This document shows positions 26,051 to 32,000 of a stretch of DNA of 32,000 bases, piece by piece. Position 1 is the stretch's first letter; each line of letters begins with the position of its first letter. The notes under the pieces are model-generated. The model ran no database searches. It was not told the origin of the DNA and saw only the letters and a list, made by a program, of their open reading frames with translations. Source of the DNA: Acaryochloris thomasi RCC1774 (GTDB taxonomy: Bacteria > Cyanobacteriota > Cyanobacteriia > Thermosynechococcales > Thermosynechococcaceae); contig NZ_PQWO01000024.1 of the NCBI RefSeq assembly GCF_003231495.1, positions 24,651 through 56,650 on the forward strand, in the 5' to 3' direction. Position numbers and translations under genes: made by a program.

Positions 26051-27319
26051 CTAAACCTTATCTGGGACCTGTGAATCTGAAGAACCTTGAGAAGACTGAT
26101 CTTCAATGTCACGTTGATACCATCTCATCAGAGGCGAGGTGCTGACGCCGTGCAAGACAATAGATGTAACAATGACAAGATATACTGTCCAGGTCAACGA
26201 CTCAGCGGTATCGCTCTCTAGTCCCTTTCCGATCGCGTAGGCCAAGTAGTAGAGTGACCCGACGCCACGAATACCAAACCACCCAAACAGCCAGCGGGTT
26301 TGAGTGGGCAGCCGACTGCCTCCCAAGCTCAGCCAGGCGCTGAGAGGACGAATAACAAACAGCAGCAGCCCGGTTAAGATTCCGGCCTGACCTGCATATT
26401 GTTGTATCGGCTCTGCCAAGAGAAGTGAACCCAGGAGTACGATGATCACGATCTCGAGTAGCTTTTCAATTTGTTCAGTGAAGGCTAGTTGCGCTAACCG
26501 CTTGTTTTGATCGTGATGATAGCTATTTCGAATCGTCAGTCCAGCTACGAATACAGCCAAGAAGCCGTAGCCATTCACAATTTCTGTTAGTGCATAGGTG
26601 AGCAGAATCGTACTGAGCGCCACCAGATCTTCCATGAGGTCATCGACAGGTTGCTGCTGCTGTATACGCTGGTCAATCCAGTAAACGGCCTTGGCAACGG
26701 CAAAGCCCATGAACAGACCTGCCGTGATTGCCCACAGCAGATCGATAAGGACCCACTGCCGAAACCAGGTGTTTAAATCGCCCTTTTGAATCCAGTACAG
26801 TCCGAAGTAAACAAAGGGGAAGGCAAGTGAGTCATTTAAGCCCCCCTCTGATGTGAGACCAAAGCGGAGCTCGTCTTGATCGGCTTCGTGATCAAGCTGT
26901 ACTTCAGAGGCAAGAACAGGGTCGGTGGGAGCCAGAATTGCGCCCAACAAAATGGCCGGTCCCCAATCAAATTCGAGGAGCCAATGGCTTATAGTTGCGA
27001 TCGCAACAATTGAAACAGGCATCACAATCCCGATCAGCCGTCCCGTCGTCTGCCAGCTTGCTGCATTCAGGGGCCGGTTCATCTTCAGACCGCACCCAAA
27101 CACGGATACGATCACAACGAATTCAGTCAGCCGCTCGATCAACTTTGGGCCGGGCTGCATCGGTAAAATATTGAGGCCATAAGAACCAAGGGTGACGCCT
27201 ACAAGCAAATAAAGTAGAGCATAGGAGATGGGTAGGCGCTTGATCCATCCTGAACCCAGGGTGACTGCCAAAATCAGCAAACCGATAATCAGGAGAAACG
27301 AGATATACGTATTAATCAA
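26051..27319 (-). CDS. Cation:proton antiporter (Na+/H+ exchanger family, NhaP-type)
   Basis: 422-aa polytopic ORF with a TTG start at 27319. The LGAILAPTDPVLA motif is typical of CPA1 exchangers. Confidence 0.85.
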   Translation of the reverse strand: MINTYISFLLIIGLLILAVTLGSGWIKRLPISYALLYLLVGVTLGSYGLNILPMQPGPKLIERLTEFVVIVSVFGCGLKMNRPLNAASWQTTGRLIGIVMPVSIVAIATISHWLLEFDWGPAILLGAILAPTDPVLASEVQLDHEADQDELRFGLTSEGGLNDSLAFPFVYFGLYWIQKGDLNTWFRQWVLIDLLWAITAGLFMGFAVAKAVYWIDQRIQQQQPVDDLMEDLVALSTILLTYALTEIVNGYGFLAVFVAGLTIRNSYHHDQNKRLAQLAFTEQIEKLLEIVIIVLLGSLLLAEPIQQYAGQAGILTGLLLFVIRPLSAWLSLGGSRLPTQTRWLFGWFGIRGVGSLYYLAYAIGKGLESDTAESLTWTVYLVIVTSIVLHGVSTSPLMRWYQRDIEDQSSQGSSDSQVPDKV

Positions 27320-27345
27320 ATCGCCTTATCCCTTTAAAACCGGCA

Positions 27346-28434
27346 TTACGGATCTAGTCGAAAAATATCGGCCATGACTGTGTATGGCTGTCTGCGTCGA
27401 GCCGCACTTGGAGAGTCATAAACCACGAGCAAAGCTTCAGGCTGTCCCAGGCAGGGTATCAGAGCAAGACCCTCTGCATGATCGCTACCAATCGTGAACG
27501 GCAGATCAAATAACAGCTCAAGATCGTCAGCAGACTGATCCCATAGGGTATTGTCAGAATGCTCTAAAACATCCTTGAGCTGAAAGACCTGCATTGCTCC
27601 TTCTAGATCCATTGTGGGACCTGCAAGAATAATTAAATCTTCGCCCCTCAGGCAGAGTTCCCGCACTCCCAAGCCATTGAGGTTAACGAAGTGCTTTCGA
27701 TATTTTGCGCCATCTTTGCTTATTTCTTTGAGCGACAGAATACCCGATTCAGCCTCTTCGACCTCAATTTCTAAAATGACGGCCCACCCGCGTAGAACAG
27801 GACCGCGCAAACCCAGAAACAGCTTGTCACCGCAGGCAGCCAAGCCTTCAATATCTAACCCGTTTTCTTTGCTAGGGATATCCATCTCAATAAATGGACC
27901 CAGATGCGGATCCGTCTGCAGGACTTCCATCAACTGGTTGCCAGTGTCAGCCTTCTGCAGCATGGCTGCCGCAACAGTGCGATCGGGATCGGTGGGGTGA
28001 GAACTCGATCTAAGCGGCTCTCCCTGAAAAACTGGAATCCGAGCAATCAAATAACGATTCAGATCGGTCTTGATTTCAGCTAAATTCTCAATATCCTTTT
28101 CTGGTTTTTTACCTTTAGATTTACCTCGTTTCTTGCTGTGAGACCCCGTGAACCAGAGGTAAGGTTCGGCATAGTCCATGCCTTCAATATCAATTTCATC
28201 GTCTGAATTGAATAGGTCAATATAGTCTGAAATTTCAAACGGCTGATGCTGACCGTACACATAAGGTTCGACGAGGGACAAGCGCTCTAGGGTTAAAAAT
28301 TCGTCAGAGCCAACCCACAAGCTACCGTCAGGAGTCAGGGTGATCGCTGAGAGTTCTCCGATTAGATCTTCATCTTTGCTACTAAACTGCAGCAGTACTC
28401 GACTCAGCAAGAAAGGTTGTGTCATCGCTCTCAT
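27346..28434 (-). CDS. Conserved hypothetical protein, possibly DUF3616-like (tentative)
   Basis: 362-aa ORF with ATG at 28434. Repeated EG(L/M)A / GLRGPV-type motifs (IDIEGMDY, LDIEGLAACGDKLFLGLRGPVLRGWAVIL, HAEGLALI) suggest a beta-propeller-like fold. The family name is from memory only. Confidence 0.6.
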   Translation of the reverse strand: MRAMTQPFLLSRVLLQFSSKDEDLIGELSAITLTPDGSLWVGSDEFLTLERLSLVEPYVYGQHQPFEISDYIDLFNSDDEIDIEGMDYAEPYLWFTGSHSKKRGKSKGKKPEKDIENLAEIKTDLNRYLIARIPVFQGEPLRSSSHPTDPDRTVAAAMLQKADTGNQLMEVLQTDPHLGPFIEMDIPSKENGLDIEGLAACGDKLFLGLRGPVLRGWAVILEIEVEEAESGILSLKEISKDGAKYRKHFVNLNGLGVRELCLRGEDLIILAGPTMDLEGAMQVFQLKDVLEHSDNTLWDQSADDLELLFDLPFTIGSDHAEGLALIPCLGQPEALLVVYDSPSAARRRQPYTVMADIFRLDP

Positions 28435-28452
28435 TCATCCATCTGATCTGCT

Positions 28453-28899
28453 TTAACGGAAAGATTGGAGCATCTGCTGACGACACACACCCAAAATCCT
28501 TCTGGCATTAGCGTCGGGAGAGTCCAAATCGTGCAGTGTTGACAGCAGTATCTGAGCTTCATCCCGCTTTTGTCCCTGAGGTGACAGGAGGTCAACATCT
28601 AACCGACGATTCTCTAAATCACCGACGAAACAACTGAATTCTGAGCGAGGCTGATAGTATGCCCCTACCACTTGACTGTCCTGCTGCTGAAAGACAACGT
28701 AGCCTTTCCGTAGCTGGTTAGGCTGAGGTGTCTGCCCATAAAACTGGATTGCGTTTGTGGCCGCTGCCGGAGCTGAGCTGGAGCGCTGATTCGATGCTTG
28801 CAGAGTGGAGTTTGCTTGGACTATTCCTGCTACTCCCCCAACCGTCAGAGATCCAAGAATGCCAGTAATTAAAAGTTTTTCGACGCGTGTAAATATCAC
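28453..28899 (-). CDS. Hypothetical exported protein (148 aa)
   Basis: The N-terminal hydrophobic segment LLITGILGSLTVGGVAGIVQA looks like a signal peptide or signal anchor. GTG start at 28899 with no clear SD. First gene of a tightly spaced four-gene run. Confidence 0.55.
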   Translation of the reverse strand: MIFTRVEKLLITGILGSLTVGGVAGIVQANSTLQASNQRSSSAPAAATNAIQFYGQTPQPNQLRKGYVVFQQQDSQVVGAYYQPRSEFSCFVGDLENRRLDVDLLSPQGQKRDEAQILLSTLHDLDSPDANARRILGVCRQQMLQSFR

Positions 28900-29030
28900 A
28901 GTTTTTTCTAAACTTATCTTCTAGGCATACCCTAACCCTCCTATGCCGCTTCAGATAAGCCCCTTAAGTCATACATCTATGGCGCGGTTGCTCTATCGTT
29001 CGGTTGATTTAGAAACAACCTGCACAGAGG

Positions 29031-29837
29031 CTACTGTAGAAAACGTGCTTTGTAGGTTGCGTCTTGAGTCCCCATAATCCGGTCCCAAAAGGTGAAGTAG
29101 AGACCATAGTGTCGGGTGAACCGTGAGTGGTGAACAAGATGATGCGAAGCGCCAATGCACCATTGTCCCCACCAACGACTCTGGCGTGAACGCGGGATAA
29201 TCTGTAAACCGAGGTGGTTACCTGTTGCCCAAATTGTCATCGTCAGCAAAATAGCAATTAGAACACCAACGTGTAAGGGAATAATGAGCGTTATCCCCAA
29301 CAAGAAAGAAGCCTGAGTAAAGGCTTCCATTGGCTCTAGGGCAAAGAAGGTCCAAGGCGTTGGGGGCCTCGACACATGGTGTCCTTGATGAAACCACTTG
29401 AACAGCAACGGCAGGTGAAAAAGACGGTGGGTAAAGTAGAAATAGGTGTCTTGGAGCAGCAAAACCACAATATAGCTGCAGGCCAAGTACCCCATGTCCT
29501 GAATTTTCCAGTGGGTATAAACCTGGGTAATGCCCCAGTCATAGCAGGCCATAAAGCAGGCTGCACCCAAAGCAAAGAAGATGACCGACAGCACTGAGAG
29601 CTTAATGTCTCCCACCATTGTCTCGCTCTCTTGCTGAGCTGCTTTAGACTTTAATGGGAGTGTCGGAACTTTGCCAATTGTCGAATGGAGCAAATAGTAA
29701 GCTCCCGAAGCCGTCAGAAAATACCCGCCCATGATGATTCCGCAAAAAACAAACCAGTACAGCCAAAAATTAGGCTGAATCCAGAAATTATTCATGTCTG
29801 CTTTTTTGTCTCCATCATGCGTATCTTGGTTCTCCAT
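29031..29837 (-). CDS. Fatty acid hydroxylase / sterol desaturase superfamily membrane protein
   Basis: Three histidine boxes: HRLFH, HQGHH and HHLVHH, followed by YGLYFTFWDRIMGT. I prefer the ATG at 29837 to the TTG at 29873. Confidence 0.85.
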   Translation of the reverse strand: MENQDTHDGDKKADMNNFWIQPNFWLYWFVFCGIIMGGYFLTASGAYYLLHSTIGKVPTLPLKSKAAQQESETMVGDIKLSVLSVIFFALGAACFMACYDWGITQVYTHWKIQDMGYLACSYIVVLLLQDTYFYFTHRLFHLPLLFKWFHQGHHVSRPPTPWTFFALEPMEAFTQASFLLGITLIIPLHVGVLIAILLTMTIWATGNHLGLQIIPRSRQSRWWGQWCIGASHHLVHHSRFTRHYGLYFTFWDRIMGTQDATYKARFLQ

Positions 29838-30242
29838 GACGGATGGGAACCATCTACCCCACAGAATGTGCAAAGCAATGGGTTAGACTGCGGCTACTCG
29901 ATTCAACCAAATTTTCTGGTCATGAGAAACTTGCTGAATTGAGAGTACCCATCCCTCAATTGGCCCCATCTAGTGTAAGGCTAGTCCCAATATTATGTAT
30001 CAACCTGATGATAGATTTTAGAGGCCAATGGAAGTATCACTCGATAGAGATTCAAGGTGTTGTTCCTTCTCTTCTGTTGCCAGTGGGTAGGGAAGGGTGA
30101 TTCTGAAGCAGCAAATTCCTTGACTGTGAGATCGTATTGCCATGGGCATCCATACCTGTAATCTCTGCCTCGGTCAGGTAGAGAATTGAGATCCTCTGGA
30201 ATGCCTTCTCAATGAAACAGGCTTTGGAGGAGGTGCTATCCG

Positions 30243-30500
30243 CTACAGCGTTGCCCGATCAATTGTCGCTTTATCTATTTGAGCACGGTCAATGTGGGCG
30301 CTCCCCGAAGCACTGACTGGATGACGTCGCTGATATTCCTTGAGGGCGCTGTGGCTGACAACGGTGTGCCCCTGATCTGTTTTCTCACTCATTAGATGAC
30401 CAGACCGTAAAGCGTCATGGACTTTACGTTCACTCAGTCCTAAATGCCGAGCCGCTTCTGCAGGAGAAAGGCCATGATTAAAGGCTTGATGATTTTTCAT
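30243..30500 (-). CDS. Small helix-turn-helix DNA-binding protein (excisionase/MerR-like HTH)
   Basis: ATG at 30500. LSPAEAARHLGLSERKVHDALRSGHL is a typical excisionase-family HTH. Confidence 0.65.
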   Translation of the reverse strand: MKNHQAFNHGLSPAEAARHLGLSERKVHDALRSGHLMSEKTDQGHTVVSHSALKEYQRRHPVSASGSAHIDRAQIDKATIDRATL

Positions 30501-30529
30501 ATCGAATTGTAGATGGTTCTGGTTTGGGA

Positions 30530-30919
30530 TCAGCCTCTGCGAAAGAGACGCTTTAAAGGATTCGAGGCCACCAAGCCTGACACGCGGGACAAGTCTTGCT
30601 GAGCTGCTTTGACAGGATCTGAATCCGTTAGAATTCGAGTAGCGTGCTCTAAAAGTTCATCACTGTGATCTTGTTCCGTAGCAGAAACGAGGGTCGCATT
30701 TCCATCTGTTCTTTCCTCAGCCATTGCTTCTCGGTAGGCTTTGCTAAGGCTCGGGAGGCTGGCTGCGATTGTGGGTAGTTCCACTGACCTATTCTCTAAG
30801 TTCTGGCCAATTGCGTGAAGCTGGGCCTGCAAACTAGAGGGCAAGGGATCTTCTTGCCGACTCAGAGCGGTCATAAAAGCCGTCAAATTATTTTCTTGCT
30901 GAGCGTTAAGGGAAGCCAT
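30530..30919 (-). CDS. Hypothetical protein (129 aa)
   Basis: The ORF ends 29 nt upstream of the HTH gene and is co-directional with it. I prefer the ATG at 30919 to the TTG at 30925. No family recognised. Confidence 0.55.
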   Translation of the reverse strand: MASLNAQQENNLTAFMTALSRQEDPLPSSLQAQLHAIGQNLENRSVELPTIAASLPSLSKAYREAMAEERTDGNATLVSATEQDHSDELLEHATRILTDSDPVKAAQQDLSRVSGLVASNPLKRLFRRG

Positions 30920-31211
30920 AATCAAAATATCGTTGTATTCAATACAGGCAGACTTACTAATCGATTTTTTAGAAGCCTACTCCCTTGATGGTATGAAACT
31001 CAACGCATTTTGCGTGTAGGAAACCGAAAAATCCATCTATAGATAGAGCTGTTGTATTTGTCCTCTGAACAAGGTCAGTCTATCCAAAAGACATAGGCTG
31101 GTCGGAGACCATCGCAACAGTCCAGTCGTTGAGAATCTTAATCAGTCCATTCAGAAAAGAGTTCTCAGCGTGGGCAGGAGACAGTGCCCAGAGATATGAG
31201 TCCACACAGCT

Positions 31212-31412
31212 TTATAGAAACTTTCTAAATTCCTCAATACTAAACCCAGCATCTCGAATAATTCCAGCCATTGTGAAGGCATTTACCGGATTATGTCTGG
31301 GAATGGTCAAGATGCGATTGCCATTGGACATCACGATATGTTTCCCCTGCCGAATCACCTCAAAATCAGCTTTTTCCAAGATTTTGACTGCCTTTAAGTG
31401 GTTGATACCCAC
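31212..31412 (-). CDS. hicA: HicA-family type II toxin (YcfA-like mRNA interferase)
   Basis: LKAVKILEKADFEVIRQGKHIVMSNGNRILTIPRHNPVNAFTMAGIIRDAGFSIEEF matches the HicA/YcfA pattern. GTG start at 31412. Confidence 0.75.
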   Translation of the reverse strand: MGINHLKAVKILEKADFEVIRQGKHIVMSNGNRILTIPRHNPVNAFTMAGIIRDAGFSIEEFRKFL

Positions 31413-31443
31413 TGATGATTTAAGACCTCGATGTGGGGGGGAT

Positions 31444-32000
31444 TTACAAGACTTGATCCGGCTTGGCTGGCACAGATAGAGGAGTGCTTGGCGTAATAGG
31501 AATTAGCTGTACCTTGAGCCTATTGTTGCTCACTAATTGCTCAAGAAAGGACTGATCGATAACTTTACCTACAACCACTGTGCCATGCCGGGGCCTTCGG
31601 AAGTACTTGTTAGGACTGGGCGGGCTACCAACAATAGCGGTTGGTTTGCGGTAGCTGTAACAACGATGTTGCGGCTTTCGGCTAGGGCTGGATCATGATC
31701 TATGGGGAAGCGGGTGAGTCCTGGTGAGGTTAGGATTTGCTGGCGCAGAGGATTGGGGATAGGCTGTAACTGTTGAGTTTGCTCATCAACCCAATCTAAA
31801 TGTCGCGGTTGCCCTTGGCGATTCAAAAGACCCAATAATTTGTATTCCCATTCGGCATCGGAATAATTAGTCCTCCCTGAAAAACCTCATTAGCCCATAT
31901 ATCACCAGCCTTTCAGGCACTAAAATGTGGATCTAAATTGCAAGTCAATTCGCTGCCCCTTGCAAAAACTGGTGAAATGGCGCTTTTCTTAATTGCTTGA
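31444..32000 (-). pseudogene. Decayed, truncated sensor-domain gene (CHASE4-like), extending beyond the window edge
   Basis: Three minus-strand frames join into one sensible sequence: ...NLDPHFSA*KAGDIWANEVFQG / RTNYSDAEWEYKLLGLLNRQGQP...NQPLLLVARPVLTSTSEGPG / HGTVVVGKVIDQSFLEQLVSNNRLKVQLIPI...PDQVL*. This needs one in-frame TGA (31913-31915) and two 1-nt frameshifts (about 31872-31878 and 31585-31593). The LLVARPVLTS..GP..GTVVVG segment resembles the CHASE4 core as I remember it. Confidence 0.5.

Noticed and set aside
20649-29942. ORFs 20649..20831, 22161..22445, 22521..22715, 23858..24115, 24467..24655, 24841..25089, 25126..25335, 26925..27182, 27614..28000, 28080..28262, 28993..29175, 29336..29597 and 29685..29942
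   Set aside because: Each overlaps a better-supported gene in another frame or strand. 22521..22715 and 25126..25335 occupy short spacers, with no SD and implausible sequence.
29943-30242. Start-less open frames on the minus strand downstream of the HTH gene (e.g. EGIPEDLNSLPDRGRDYRYGCPWQYDLTVKEF..., and ...CFIEKAFQRISILYLTEAEITGMD...)
   Set aside because: I considered that they might be the displaced 3' part of the disrupted sensor gene (EAL-like end). The two frames cover the same DNA, the resemblance is too weak to support by eye, and there is no start codon.
31080-31211. 44-codon frame continuing directly after the hicA stop (SCVDSYLWALSPAHAENSFLNGLIKILNDWTVAMVSDQPMSFG*); also the track ORF 31129..31479 (+)
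   Set aside because: The read-through frame has no SD, only a GTG near its start and no resemblance to HicB. The plus-strand ORF is the antisense shadow of hicA.
31569-31600. Programmed -1 ribosomal frameshift at the CCCCGGCAT site of the CHASE4-like gene
   Set aside because: The same gene also carries an in-frame stop, a second frameshift and a 3' truncation. Decay is the simpler explanation.
1-32000. Window-wide search for CRISPR arrays, tRNA/rRNA genes, transposases, integrases, reverse transcriptases and known defence-system genes
   Set aside because: No regularly spaced direct repeats occur outside the intragenic 294-nt repeat. No tRNA T-arm (GGTTCGAATCC-like) motif appears in any spacer. 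No ORF has DDE, tyrosine-recombinase, RT or typical defence ATPase/nuclease motifs. The only toxin-antitoxin-type gene is hicA.

Overview
This window looks like ordinary cyanobacterial chromosome. The HIP1 octamer GCGATCGC occurs at least 15 times by eye, and the gene content fits: chlH 3' end, DnaK2-type dnaK, hspA, a CAAD/CurT-like protein, DUF2949. I support about 38 protein-coding genes, tightly packed and mostly on the minus strand. They include GH1 glycosidase, GT28 glycosyltransferase, an OYE flavin reductase, a Cys-rich response regulator next to a Crp/Fnr regulator, and an hspA-dnaK heat-shock cluster. Further along are a YihY/BrkB operon, a lipid-type cluster (two alpha/beta hydrolases, SDR, PlsC-type acyltransferase), an AI-2E transporter, TrkA-N/TrkH, DUF421, a Na+/H+ antiporter operon and a fatty-acid hydroxylase. 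I saw no rRNA, tRNA, CRISPR array, transposase or integrase, and no canonical defence system. The best candidate for something undescribed is the minus-strand operon 11815-16259. It encodes a 1029-aa membrane-anchored protein with eight tandem ~98-aa repeats of no family I recognise, then DUF2949, a YihY/BrkB membrane protein and a 59-aa membrane ORF missing from the ORF track. Secondary points: candidate RNA regulatory structures around hspA/dnaK, a translationally coupled acyltransferase/hydrolase pair recalling plant PES enzymes, a four-gene antiporter operon, and a small accessory patch at the 3' end (orphan hicA, HTH gene, decayed CHASE4-like sensor pseudogene). All family names come from motif recognition by eye; no searches were run.
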